A stretch of 45,971 nucleotides of DNA from a virus (Duplodnaviria > Caudoviricetes), in IMG/VR virus record IMGVR_UViG_3300008251_000010, positions 1 to 45,971 of that record; one strand, written 5' to 3'. How positions within the stretch are numbered: the first letter of the stretch is position 1; each line of letters opens with the position of its first letter. The notes beneath the pieces are model-generated. The model saw nothing but the letters and a program-made list of their open reading frames with translations. It was not told the origin of the DNA and did not search any database. Positions 18,057 to 27,558 of this stretch are shown in pieces. The position numbers were made by a program, and so were the translations under genes.

Positions 18057-19120
18057 TAAAGATTAGCTCCTGGCATTGGCATGGAATACTGGGTTGATTT
18101 GCCCATTAACGATTGCAATAAGGCGATGTCTTGCTGCGTAGCTGTACCGGCTTTTACTTTTTGATTAAGGCTGGCAATGTTATTTATTTTTTGAGACTGG
18201 CTAAGTGATTGCTGTTGCTGTGCAAAGCGGTCTGTACCGTTGGCATACTCTTGCTGATACAGTTGATATTGTTTTTCCATTGGCACTAAATCACTGGCTG
18301 CACCATTGCCAAACAAACCGCCGCCTGTGGGTGCTTTAGCTTGGGTAACTTGTTGTTCTGCCCCTTGGCTTAATTTGAACTCGTCAAAGCTTAACGCCGG
18401 TGGGCGCTGTGCTTGCTCGGTTTCTAATGCACTCATTTGTTGGGCAATGGTTTGACGGGCATTATTTGGGTTCTCTGGTGTGGCGGGATTAACTGGGGTT
18501 GCCGCTTTTGCTAATTGGGTTTTTAATGTTTGGCTTTCATCAACTAAATACGCCAGTTCAGAATTGGCTAACTGTTCAGCGTTGTTATCAGCCAATTGCA
18601 TTTTAAATTTCATTTTTTCAACCAAGATAGGCTGTGCCATTTTTTGGGCTTGCTCTGGTGATAATTCACTGGCTGCAACTTGCTCTTGGAGGTTGGCAAT
18701 TTGACTATCAAAGCGATTAAGTGAATTTTTAACACCATTAATAAAACCTTGTTGCTCAGTTAAAGTAAGGCGATCTTGTGCGGTATCGTTTTGCATATTT
18801 GCAATGGCTTTAGTATTGGCTTGGCTGGTTTTATGCTGCTCACCTTGCTGGGTTAACTGTTGCTGTTTAAAGCTGTTATTCGCCTCGGTTTGTGCCTGTT
18901 GGTTGGTTAACTGTTGTTGCTTAAAGCTATCGTTTTTAGTATCACGTTGCTTTTGATATTCAAAACTTTGCTTTTGTAAGCGCTCAAGTGAGGCTTGCTT
19001 TAATTGATTAGCCTCACGTTGATTGTACTGATTAATTAAACCACCAGTTGCCGCCAGTAATTGCCCTAAGCCACTGAATAACACACCTTGTGCAAGGCGC
19101 TTATCTTGTCGTCTACTCAT
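18056..19120 (-). CDS. Gln-rich putative ejection/internal virion protein
   Basis: Gly/hydrophobic N-terminus, Q-rich coiled coil, coupled to the giant gene. Confidence 0.65.
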   Translation of the reverse strand: MSRRQDKRLAQGVLFSGLGQLLAATGGLINQYNQREANQLKQASLERLQKQSFEYQKQRDTKNDSFKQQQLTNQQAQTEANNSFKQQQLTQQGEQHKTSQANTKAIANMQNDTAQDRLTLTEQQGFINGVKNSLNRFDSQIANLQEQVAASELSPEQAQKMAQPILVEKMKFKMQLADNNAEQLANSELAYLVDESQTLKTQLAKAATPVNPATPENPNNARQTIAQQMSALETEQAQRPPALSFDEFKLSQGAEQQVTQAKAPTGGGLFGNGAASDLVPMEKQYQLYQQEYANGTDRFAQQQQSLSQSQKINNIASLNQKVKAGTATQQDIALLQSLMGKSTQYSMPMPGANL

Positions 19121-19694
19121 GGACTGCTCCTTGCTCTGGCGCGGGTTGTTCTGTTGCTGGCTGCTGGGCTTGTTCTTGGTCTTTCATTTGTTGCCAGGCT
19201 TTTTGTCCATCTGGTGTGCTTTTTAAATCATCAAGCTTTTGATTAATGTTTTGCTCGTTAATGCTGCCGTTATCAATATTGGCCTTGGTATAATTTTTAA
19301 CAACGGTTTTAGTGGCGGTTTCGATTGTCTCCTCATTTATTTCTGAGGCATCCATTAACCCTGCTGCTTCAACCATTTCAAATACTTCTTCTAATAAATC
19401 AGGTAATACTTCACTTTGCACCGCATCTGATAACTGGGTTTGTGTTTGGTTTTCAAACTGCTTGGCAAGTAACGCAATGACCCGACCGACACCGACCGGA
19501 ATACTTTCAGCACCTTGTAATGCTTTTATGATCATCGGCTGTGTTTGCTCACTATGCAGCGACATATTGGCAAAGGCTAAAAACTTGTCTAACTGCTCTT
19601 GCTCTTGCTGACTGGCATTTTCAACACCTGGTTCATTCATGCCATGCGGCTGTGCTGCTGACTGGTTTTCATTTGGGTTTGTCATATCTTGCAT
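19113..19694 (-). CDS. Acidic virion-associated hypothetical protein
   Basis: 193 aa, within the ejection protein cluster. Confidence 0.65.
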   Translation of the reverse strand: MQDMTNPNENQSAAQPHGMNEPGVENASQQEQEQLDKFLAFANMSLHSEQTQPMIIKALQGAESIPVGVGRVIALLAKQFENQTQTQLSDAVQSEVLPDLLEEVFEMVEAAGLMDASEINEETIETATKTVVKNYTKANIDNGSINEQNINQKLDDLKSTPDGQKAWQQMKDQEQAQQPATEQPAPEQGAVHE

Positions 19695-19703
19695 GTGTTA
19701 GCC

Positions 19704-20672
19704 TTATGAATAAGTGATAAGTTCAGGGTGAGTACGCTTAAGTGCAATCACATCGTCTAGATTATTCACTGTGGTTTGTGTGCCTGGTTCTGCCATGCCT
19801 TGGCCTTTCCCCGTTGCATATTGCTTTGTGCCTGTCATGGCGCTATACATGCCAAGCTGATTACCAGGTTCGTTCATGCCAAAGCTGCCGTCTTTATCCA
19901 TGCCATAATAATTATTAGGCTCGTATGACCCTGCACCTTGGGAGTTTTGATATTGCCCATACGCACTGAGTGCTAAACCACCCGCTTGGATCATTTCACC
20001 TGTGGTCATACCTGCGGCGGCTACCTCACCCACGGTAAGTCCACCGTTAACAACTGCGGTATTCACTGCGGTATTCGTTGCTGCAATACCGGTTTCTAAA
20101 CTGGCAAGTGTGCCGCCTTGACTAGCTAGAGCATTTGACCCAGCTGTGTTCATTGCTGCTGTGCTGGTTGCAGTACTAGTACCCGACATGGTGGCTGCAC
20201 CGGTTTCGGCTAGAGTGGCAGAATTAGCAACGGTTGGTACGGCTGTTTGCCCTACCGCTGTTGTGGCAACTGTGCCTACAGCTGTTGAAGCTGCTACCGT
20301 TCCTGCGCCAGCGGCATACGCACCGGTGATACCACCGGTTAAGCTTGACCCTGCGACGGCAATTTGCCCACCCATTAAGGCCGACCCCGCACCGGCAATC
20401 CCAGCATAAGCACTCGATAACCCCGCACTTGCACCGGCCATAAATGAGCCACCGGCAGCCATTGACCCCATAGCCCCTAATGCAGCACCGGCGGTAAAAT
20501 ACACCGCTACCGCAATCGCAACCCATTTCACTACATCTTTCAAACCTTTATCCCAGGCTTTTTTCAGTGGTTTGTTGGTTTTTTTAAACATATTTTTTTC
20601 GTGCTTAAGTATCTTTTTTTCAATGCCAAAAGGTTTCAATGTTTTTTTGACAAACTTTTTAAGTTTACTCAT
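19704..20672 (-). CDS. Putative ejection/DNA-transfer protein
   Basis: Basic amphipathic N-terminus, hydrophobic VAIAVAVYFTAGAAL, long Gly/Ala/Thr-rich region. Confidence 0.65.
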   Translation of the reverse strand: MSKLKKFVKKTLKPFGIEKKILKHEKNMFKKTNKPLKKAWDKGLKDVVKWVAIAVAVYFTAGAALGAMGSMAAGGSFMAGASAGLSSAYAGIAGAGSALMGGQIAVAGSSLTGGITGAYAAGAGTVAASTAVGTVATTAVGQTAVPTVANSATLAETGAATMSGTSTATSTAAMNTAGSNALASQGGTLASLETGIAATNTAVNTAVVNGGLTVGEVAAAGMTTGEMIQAGGLALSAYGQYQNSQGAGSYEPNNYYGMDKDGSFGMNEPGNQLGMYSAMTGTKQYATGKGQGMAEPGTQTTVNNLDDVIALKRTHPELITYS

Positions 20673-21142
20673 AGGTGTTTCCTTAATTTGGTATGTATTG
20701 CACCATCACTGATATAACCCAGCGCGCTATATAATCGGCTGGTTTGGTCGCTATCACCGCGACCACTAGAGTTTGCTAATACGGCCTCACGGCATTTAGG
20801 AAACTTTCGCCACCAGGTATCAAAAGTTGTTAATAATGCTTTGGCTGCAAAAGCTGTGTTGTATTGCTGGCTGGGTTTAACGTAAAACATTAAATCAGTG
20901 GCGCTTTCGTCATCGCTACACCAAAGCGTGTCTATTTGCGCAAGCATAAAGCCGATAATGGCACCGTCTTTTTCTGCGACATATAAAAATGATTTGCGAT
21001 CAGCCATTGCCGCTAACAAGGTATGCTGCACTTTTCGCTTATTGATTTTCAATTGATAGTTAGGCGCACTGGCATTAGCCATTTTGCACAATGCCATTAA
21101 CTGCGATATATCATTTTTGTTGGGGAGTGCTGGGCGTATCAT
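20669..21142 (-). CDS. GNAT-fold acetyltransferase-like protein
   Basis: MIRPA..DISQL, FLYVAEKDGAIIGF, FYVKP, RLYSALGY; typical position in podovirus ejection modules. Confidence 0.8.
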   Translation of the reverse strand: MIRPALPNKNDISQLMALCKMANASAPNYQLKINKRKVQHTLLAAMADRKSFLYVAEKDGAIIGFMLAQIDTLWCSDDESATDLMFYVKPSQQYNTAFAAKALLTTFDTWWRKFPKCREAVLANSSGRGDSDQTSRLYSALGYISDGAIHTKLRKHL

Positions 21143-22971
21143 CTGCGTAACCTCTGTAAGTTGTCTTCAATTGGCATCGGTTTGCGTATTGGGTTGATGT
21201 GCTTACTGATTGGCTTATTGCTTTGATCAGGGGGTGTAAAATCGACATTACCTCCTGGGGCTGGCATACCAATGCTCGGTTTTTTATATTGTGTATGTTG
21301 TTGTGATTTCAGGGTATTTATTGCTCGGTGTTCTTGGTCTCGACCACCACCACCACCACCACCACCACCACCACCACCACCACCACCACCACCACCACCT
21401 GAATCGTTACCGCCGCCTGAGTTATTACCACTCCCAACAGCCGGATCAACTGCATTACCATTGTTCGCATTGTTATTGCCAAAATCAGTGGTAAGTGACC
21501 AACTCATATACAAATCTTCTAAATCGTTTTGCATTTGGCTACGTTCGCGCGCAATGGCTGAACGTTGTTGTTCTGGTGTCAGTTCAGGATTGTTATAAAT
21601 GGCTTGAATGACATTATTAAAACTGCCTTTTAATTGACTGGCTTGGTCGTAATATTGTGATTTATATTGGGCATTGATTTGCATACCGGTTTTGTTTATA
21701 TCGGCTTCAATGCTGGTTTGTAATTTATCGAATTCAGCTTGGCGGTTTTTCTCGTCACGAAGCTGGGTGAAGTCGCGCTCTTTTTGCTGCTCGCTTGACT
21801 GCCAATCTCGTTGACCATCTTGCATGCTTTGGTCATGTTCACGGTTTTGATTGTTTTGATCTGTTTGCCAATTTTGCTGTTGATCAAGTTGGTCTTTATT
21901 ATGACCCGCTTGCGCTTCAAGTTCTTGTAAACGCTGTTGACCTTGCTGATCTATAATGCCCCGCTGCGTATCAGCACGGAGTTTTTCAAGTTCAGTTTGT
22001 TGATCACGGTTTAATTGGTTTTCATCTTTGGTAAAGTCTTGTTGTTTATCTAACTGGGCATCGTTATAACCCGCTTGCGCTTCAAGCTCAGTTAAACGCT
22101 GTTGACCTTGGGCTGAAATTTCGCCCAATTTATTTTGATTACGTAACTTTTCAAGTTCAGTTTGTTGCGCTCTGTCTAAACCGCTTTGCTCTTTGGTAAA
22201 GTCTTGCTGTTGATCAAGTTGCTCTTTGTCGTAACCGGCTTTTGCTGATAACTCGGCAAGACGTTGTTGGCCTTGCGTATCTAACATGCCTTTTTCATGG
22301 CTTTGCTGTAATGATTGCAATTCTGCTTTTTGAGTGCGGTCTAAGGTGTTTTCACCTGATTGCCAGCTTTGCTGATCGTCTTGCATGGTTTTATCGTGGT
22401 CACGATTTAAAACACTTTCACCACTTTGCCAAGATTGCTTATCAGTTTGTAATTTACTTTGTTGACCAAACTCGTTTTGCTGCATTTTAAAATTACTATT
22501 AATTTGCGCATCACCTTGAGCAATAGCTAAAGCATTTTTAATAGCTGCATCTTGACCGGCCTCTAAAGCCAGTGTTGAGTTTTGCAAACCCATAGCGCGC
22601 TTTTGCTCTATGGCCTCGGCACGGGCTTTTTGTAAATAAGGGCTATTTTCATCTAATACACTATTGAGGTTTTCAGATACCGTATATTTGGTATTATCTG
22701 GTTCGCTTGCTGGCTTGTTTTGTGGGCCACTTGGTGTACCAGGTGCAGCCATGCCGACACCATTAGCCACTTTTGATTGGGTTGGCGCAAAAGTAGGGGT
22801 TTGCTTGGCAGTAACCGTAATCGGTTTAACTGATTTGTTAACGGCTTTGTTTTCGCCTGGTGCTTGCAAAAATAGGGGTTGGGCCATTGCTGACTTGTTT
22901 TGAGGCTGTTTATTTTGTTGCTGACTTGCGTGTTTTGGTTGCTGCACATTCGGTTGCATACAAAGCTCCAA
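21139..22971 (-). CDS. Repetitive Gln-rich virion protein
   Basis: 610 aa; three 55-aa repeats, WQSGE repeats and a Gly19 tract; exact start uncertain. Confidence 0.7.
   Translation of the reverse strand: MELCMQPNVQQPKHASQQQNKQPQNKSAMAQPLFLQAPGENKAVNKSVKPITVTAKQTPTFAPTQSKVANGVGMAAPGTPSGPQNKPASEPDNTKYTVSENLNSVLDENSPYLQKARAEAIEQKRAMGLQNSTLALEAGQDAAIKNALAIAQGDAQINSNFKMQQNEFGQQSKLQTDKQSWQSGESVLNRDHDKTMQDDQQSWQSGENTLDRTQKAELQSLQQSHEKGMLDTQGQQRLAELSAKAGYDKEQLDQQQDFTKEQSGLDRAQQTELEKLRNQNKLGEISAQGQQRLTELEAQAGYNDAQLDKQQDFTKDENQLNRDQQTELEKLRADTQRGIIDQQGQQRLQELEAQAGHNKDQLDQQQNWQTDQNNQNREHDQSMQDGQRDWQSSEQQKERDFTQLRDEKNRQAEFDKLQTSIEADINKTGMQINAQYKSQYYDQASQLKGSFNNVIQAIYNNPELTPEQQRSAIARERSQMQNDLEDLYMSWSLTTDFGNNNANNGNAVDPAVGSGNNSGGGNDSGGGGGGGGGGGGGGGGGGGRDQEHRAINTLKSQQHTQYKKPSIGMPAPGGNVDFTPPDQSNKPISKHINPIRKPMPIEDNLQRLRR
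21343..21399. repeat. Perfect (ACC)19 microsatellite encoding poly-Gly
   Basis: 57 nt of uninterrupted ACC (GGT codons on the minus strand). Confidence 0.9.
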
Positions 22972-23076
22972 AAGCGCACAAAGGTTTGGGGAAACCTGAT
23001 TGATTATTGTATCTAAATTAAGCTAAAAACAAAACACTTTTAGCATCGCTTTTAGACGGGGTTTTATTATTTATGT

Positions 23077-23120
23077 GATACCTAACCGATACCTAACTAA
23101 TACCTAATAAATACCTAGGA
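23077..23120. repeat. Four tandem 11-bp repeats with ATACCTA core
   Basis: GATACCTAACC GATACCTAACT AATACCTAATA AATACCTAGGA, intergenic. Confidence 0.8.
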
Positions 23121-23122
23121 AA

Positions 23123-23659
23123 CTAGGCCAAGCTTGGCTCATACACTGAGATATTTAATGTTGAAAACAAATATTCAATCACTCTGGTATCAACATACAT
23201 ATTGAGTGCATCTTGGGTGATTTTCCACTCACCCTCATTAGGCCAGATTATTTTTAACGTACAGATACCCGCAATAATATCAGCGCCTATTGTACGACCT
23301 TGCGCACCCAACAATCCCTCGATTGGTGGTGCGAAATGTTCAGGGGTTTGTGCTGTACCTATGTGACTCAGTACAGTGCCGCTTTCATCTTGCATTTGAA
23401 TAGTAAAGGTTGTTTCACCGCCTTTTTGTACTTTTATACGATAGTCATCGGTTTGTTCTTTACCAGTTGGGTTAGCGGCATCGGTGACGATAGCGCTGGT
23501 TATTTTAACGTTTATTTTGGTGGAGTCAGGAATAATAACAAGGGGATGATATTCAAATCTATCTATTGCTTCCCCGCTGCGAACCTCTACCCAATCACCC
23601 TCTACAGCTTGCCTTTGGGGTTCAATTGGTAAATTAGTATTTCTGTCTAATACAATCAT
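23123..23659 (-). CDS. Beta-rich tail-fibre-associated protein
   Basis: 178 aa, follows the tail fibre-like genes. Confidence 0.55.
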   Translation of the reverse strand: MIVLDRNTNLPIEPQRQAVEGDWVEVRSGEAIDRFEYHPLVIIPDSTKINVKITSAIVTDAANPTGKEQTDDYRIKVQKGGETTFTIQMQDESGTVLSHIGTAQTPEHFAPPIEGLLGAQGRTIGADIIAGICTLKIIWPNEGEWKITQDALNMYVDTRVIEYLFSTLNISVYEPSLA

Positions 23660-23661
23660 AT

Positions 23662-24519
23662 TTAAAACTCCTGCGGTATGTACGTTGAGTAAGCCACACC
23701 CGCACTTTGATGATGCGCATTATTAGGTACTGCAACGCTTGACCAAATTGACACAATTAATGATTTAGTAAATGGAATGCCAATACTTGTTTCAATCACG
23801 GTCTGTGCTGGTGTGGGCATATGGACATTAGGCAGTTCGTTATCGCTTCGCCAACCAGAATCGCTGTAAGTACCACGCCCTATAGACTCCGAATCACTAG
23901 TATATGCTGAATCATAAGGGGGAAAATCTCCGACAATCAATCTTTGATAATATCCACTTAGATCAACTAATGTACCGGTAAATAGAAATTCTTCATCATC
24001 ACGCACAACTTTAATTGTTACATCAACATTAGCGCCATAATATGCAGGACTAAATACATGAGTTAAAACACCCGCTTGATTTTGTAAATTGATCACTTCA
24101 TGCTCTAGCGCATCGTTTGGAAAATTCACGTACTTAGCTTTATAACCTTGCGTTGCAGTGTCTTTACCTAGCGCATTAAAAAAAGTTGCAGCAGTTGAGC
24201 TAGACCTAACATTTGGACTTGTTTTTATCCACAAAGCAGCGGCATCAACAACAGATACCGGCATCTTGCGATTAGACATCAATGGAGTTGAATAATCACC
24301 ATTTTTAAGCGCGGCACGATTGGCAACCAACAAATCTTTATCACTGCTTGAATTATTGAGTGCATCTATATGCACTTGTATTGCGGCATCGAGGGCGGTG
24401 GTATCTACCTTAGTATTATCACACGCCTTTTTTAATAGCATTAAACCTTGTGGGGTTTCGCTGCCAGTGAGTGCCGCTATTTTAGCGGCTAACTGGGTTT
24501 CTAAATTTGTGGTATTCAT
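23662..24519 (-). CDS. Putative tail fibre / receptor-binding subunit
   Basis: Duplicated helical N-terminal unit (LETQLAAKIAAL / LDAAIQVHIDAL) then a beta-rich domain. Confidence 0.55.
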   Translation of the reverse strand: MNTTNLETQLAAKIAALTGSETPQGLMLLKKACDNTKVDTTALDAAIQVHIDALNNSSSDKDLLVANRAALKNGDYSTPLMSNRKMPVSVVDAAALWIKTSPNVRSSSTAATFFNALGKDTATQGYKAKYVNFPNDALEHEVINLQNQAGVLTHVFSPAYYGANVDVTIKVVRDDEEFLFTGTLVDLSGYYQRLIVGDFPPYDSAYTSDSESIGRGTYSDSGWRSDNELPNVHMPTPAQTVIETSIGIPFTKSLIVSIWSSVAVPNNAHHQSAGVAYSTYIPQEF

Positions 24520-24547
24520 TTATATTCCTGCTTTTTATATGGCGGCT

Positions 24548-25135
24548 TTATATGGCTGCAAGGGCAAGTAACTCGGCATCTTTTGCTTGGGCCATTGCAT
24601 CAGTAATGCCACTGCCTGAATAAGATTCTGCTTTTTTCTTCCAATGTACTAATGAGTAATCGCTTGTGCCTGGTATGATTTGATCTTCTGGATAGCTCAC
24701 ATATTTTTGCAACAAGGCTAAGGTATCAGCGCTGGCGTTTTTACTGCTTAATGCTTCACTGGCACTGGTTGCTGCGTCACTTTTACTAGTAGCGGCAAAG
24801 TTAGCACTGCCTTGGGCGTTGCTTTCACTGGTTGCGGCTGCGCTGGCACTGTTAGCTGTGGTAGTAATGGCGTTTTGAATTTTGGTATCAAAGGCTGTTA
24901 AATCATAAAAATCTAACGCGCCTTGGGCATTAAACATAATCAAGCTATTAGCATAGGTTTTATTAGGTAACTGATTACTGCCACTAAACCCTGTGGGCAT
25001 TTTTAATAAATTGGTATCGTACCAATTGTAAATTTCAGCAAAGCTTGAGGCGATACCATCAAGCTTTAAATTCATGGAATCAGCCCGTACCAAAGTACCA
25101 GGCTGAAACGCATTTTGATGTAACCATTTAGACAT
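24548..25135 (-). CDS. Short tail fibre anchor protein
   Basis: PGTLVRADSMN..LDGI..SF podovirus fibre N-terminus; Ala/Ser-rich SASAAATSESNA repeats. Confidence 0.7.
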   Translation of the reverse strand: MSKWLHQNAFQPGTLVRADSMNLKLDGIASSFAEIYNWYDTNLLKMPTGFSGSNQLPNKTYANSLIMFNAQGALDFYDLTAFDTKIQNAITTTANSASAAATSESNAQGSANFAATSKSDAATSASEALSSKNASADTLALLQKYVSYPEDQIIPGTSDYSLVHWKKKAESYSGSGITDAMAQAKDAELLALAAI

Positions 25136-25160
25136 TAACGCCTCCTATTTATGAAAACAA

Positions 25161-25209
25161 AAAAAAGGGGTCGGAGTACATTTAATTAATGTACTCCGAC
25201 CCCTTTTTT
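25161..25209. repeat. REP-like palindrome, copy 2 of 3
   Basis: AAAAAAGGGGTCGGAGTACATT-taatt-AATGTACTCCGACCCCTTTTTT. Confidence 0.85.
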
Positions 25210-26824
25210 ATTTGCGCCAGCCTAAGCGGGCAAAGTGATATATCACTGCTGATATAATATGTGGCCCAGCATGTAATGATTCGGTACGTATAAACGCGCT
25301 TATTTCTGTACCGCGCCCTGATATGGTAAGCGGTGCATTAAATAAACTGGCTGCTGACCAATACACATCGTCAAATAATGCTTGCCCCCAATAACCACCA
25401 CCACCGATTGCTTTTATATTTAAGTTGCTATGCTCTGCAATTGTGGGTGCTGAATGGTCAAAGTCGGGAACAACTAATAGTTTTGTTTCGGATACGACTT
25501 TGGCTTCAATTTCTAACTTTACAAACTTTTTGCGTATGGCGTTAAGTTTACAAGGGGTAAACGCTGGGCGCATTACTGTGACTATGGCATTACCGTCAAA
25601 ACTTGTGCCGCGCTCCATTTGATAGACATAACCTTTATCATCACCAAAAAATACTTGCTCTGCGCCTGTGTTATCTTCTGCGTTCCAAGTGCAACTGACG
25701 TTTTTATAAAAGTCGAACTGGCTAAAGCCTAATAAGTTTGCACCTGAAAATGAAGCAATCAACCCTGTGCCATCATCAAAAAATAAACGGTATTGGTTTT
25801 TTTCACGTACTACGGTACTGGCAACAATGCGTTTTCGATATTTACCAAGCAAAGGATCAACTAGTTGGCTGAAACTGCTCATGTCAAAATTACCAAATTC
25901 TTGCACTCTACTAAGGCGAGTAATGCCGCGATCATCTACGTAAACGCTATCGCCTATGGTTTGCACTGTGTTTGGTACGATACCAGTATCTTTTGATAAA
26001 TCGGTTAAGCGCCAGTTTGGGTCTTGATCGCCTCGGCCATATAATAAGTATGTCCGGTTTCTACAAAAGATGGCTGTCACATCATTTGGCTGGGCATCTA
26101 TTTCGAGTATATCGCTGGCGGTGGCAAGTTCGCCTTGTCCGGCTGGTGCAGCCCAATCTAGTTTTGGGGTATATTGCAATGAACCATTGGGATAGCCCAT
26201 TAATACTAATTCACTTGGCAATATTTCAACTGATATAGGGGTATCATTTGCGCCCATACCCGCATTTGTAATTTGGGTAAATGCTGTGCCATCAAATACA
26301 AAGGCTTTATTTTTACCGTCTACGCCTATTATTTCGGGTACTCGCCCACGACTTACCCAACGTAAAGCCCTAAATTTATAGCTGCCATCTGGTAATAAGC
26401 TTGGGGTAACTACTAATTGCCAACCTGAATTGGTGGCACGATATAACGCACAGTTAGCCCCGTCTGCGGTGTTTCTAAAAGCATATTTAATGCCTAGCAA
26501 CATGAAACCACCTAACACTTTACCGCTACCTGGTACGGGCTGTATTAAGGCTCTAAGTCTTTCACGTTCGACTAATACATCAGCGAGTTCTACTGCATCA
26601 TCAACATAAGGGCCGTTTGGCGGTATGGCACTCGAGGGTGCGGCTTGTCCGTCAAATCGCTCAAAACCGGTAACTGATTGATAATCACCTAATTGATTTA
26701 TTTCGTAGTTAAGCAGTTGCACACAATTACCGTCGGGCATTTCTAGGCTAGTAGCGACTTGATTTAAGCCACCACTTAACCGCACGGTATGCGCTTTTTT
26801 TGGGTTTGTTTTTATGGGCTGCAT
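25208..26824 (-). CDS. Tail nozzle / tubular protein B-like
   Basis: 538 aa, LSGGLN N-terminal motif, beta-rich, follows the adaptor gene. Confidence 0.7.
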   Translation of the reverse strand: MQPIKTNPKKAHTVRLSGGLNQVATSLEMPDGNCVQLLNYEINQLGDYQSVTGFERFDGQAAPSSAIPPNGPYVDDAVELADVLVERERLRALIQPVPGSGKVLGGFMLLGIKYAFRNTADGANCALYRATNSGWQLVVTPSLLPDGSYKFRALRWVSRGRVPEIIGVDGKNKAFVFDGTAFTQITNAGMGANDTPISVEILPSELVLMGYPNGSLQYTPKLDWAAPAGQGELATASDILEIDAQPNDVTAIFCRNRTYLLYGRGDQDPNWRLTDLSKDTGIVPNTVQTIGDSVYVDDRGITRLSRVQEFGNFDMSSFSQLVDPLLGKYRKRIVASTVVREKNQYRLFFDDGTGLIASFSGANLLGFSQFDFYKNVSCTWNAEDNTGAEQVFFGDDKGYVYQMERGTSFDGNAIVTVMRPAFTPCKLNAIRKKFVKLEIEAKVVSETKLLVVPDFDHSAPTIAEHSNLNIKAIGGGGYWGQALFDDVYWSAASLFNAPLTISGRGTEISAFIRTESLHAGPHIISAVIYHFARLGWRK

Positions 26825-26859
26825 GGCTTTACCTAACGATTATTAACAGATGAAAAACT

Positions 26860-26904
26860 AAAAGGGGTCGGAGTTAATTAATTTAATTGACTCCGACCCC
26901 TTTT
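26860..26904. repeat. REP-like palindrome, copy 3 of 3
   Basis: AAAAGGGGTCGGAGT-taattaatttaattg-ACTCCGACCCCTTTT. Confidence 0.85.
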
Positions 26905-26907
26905 TAT

Positions 26908-27558
26908 TTATTGGTGGGCAAAGTCCCAAGAGGGCAGATATTGTGAGTGCATGTTTTGCAATGCCTCTGCATATTTTTGTGTCATATGTTGATACAATGC
27001 GCCATCTTCTTGTTGTTGTGCTAAATCAAGTGCGGCCATGTATACAATGGCCCAGCGGTGGCGTAGGTCGATGTTGGGTACGTCTTCATTGTTGATAAAA
27101 AACTGGGGCTTTTTTTTGTATTCTAAATGCAGGTTATACGCCTGATCGGGTATCGGATATAACACTACTTTGCTTACACCACCAATTAAATCTTGGGTAA
27201 CATAGCGCGGCTGACCTTGCTCAGTACCAAATCTAAATCGGTCTTTAAACTCTACAGGCGATAAATAAGTGAGTGGGGTTTGCTCACAAAACAGTTTATC
27301 TATGCCTTTGAGTTCGGGTGCATTTAAATCGGCGGGCATGTAATTTTTACGCCCTACAACGGTTAGGCTTTGTTGCTCGTCTTTTAAAAACGCCCAATAT
27401 TTTTGCTCATCTTGAATGGCTAACCATGCGGCTTGCACTGACTCTACTACTTGTTTTGCTTCACCGTTCTGGTTTAATACTGAGCCTGGCCCAGAACCGG
27501 AGAACTGCACTTTTGCTAATGTTAGCTGACACAGTTCTAAGAAGTTACCGGTGATCAT
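26908..27558 (-). CDS. Head-tail adaptor / tubular protein A-like
   Basis: NFLELCQ..., GQPRY, LYPIPDQAY, HRWAIVY motifs typical of podovirus adaptors. Confidence 0.75.
   Translation of the reverse strand: MITGNFLELCQLTLAKVQFSGSGPGSVLNQNGEAKQVVESVQAAWLAIQDEQKYWAFLKDEQQSLTVVGRKNYMPADLNAPELKGIDKLFCEQTPLTYLSPVEFKDRFRFGTEQGQPRYVTQDLIGGVSKVVLYPIPDQAYNLHLEYKKKPQFFINNEDVPNIDLRHRWAIVYMAALDLAQQQEDGALYQHMTQKYAEALQNMHSQYLPSWDFAHQ

Noticed and set aside
11369-18066. Numerous short ORFs overlapping the giant gene (and similar ones over portal, capsid, terS and int)
   Set aside because: Antisense or off-frame shadows of well-supported genes, with no independent coding signal.
20669-21142. GNAT as a toxin-antitoxin toxin
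   Set aside because: No adjacent antitoxin; it is translationally coupled within the ejection protein cluster, a usual position in podoviruses.
21272-21598. Poly-Pro and poly-His ORFs on the + strand
   Set aside because: Alternative-frame readings of the (ACC)19 tract inside the 610-aa minus-strand gene.
23123-25135. Diversity-generating retroelement or invertible tail fibre cassette
   Set aside because: No reverse transcriptase and no TR/VR pair seen; the serine recombinase is far away and there are no inverted fibre segments.
7825-26904. Repeated hairpins as CRISPR repeats or a protelomerase site
   Set aside because: Not regularly spaced with spacers, no cas genes; three copies with unpaired loops and no protelomerase gene recognised.
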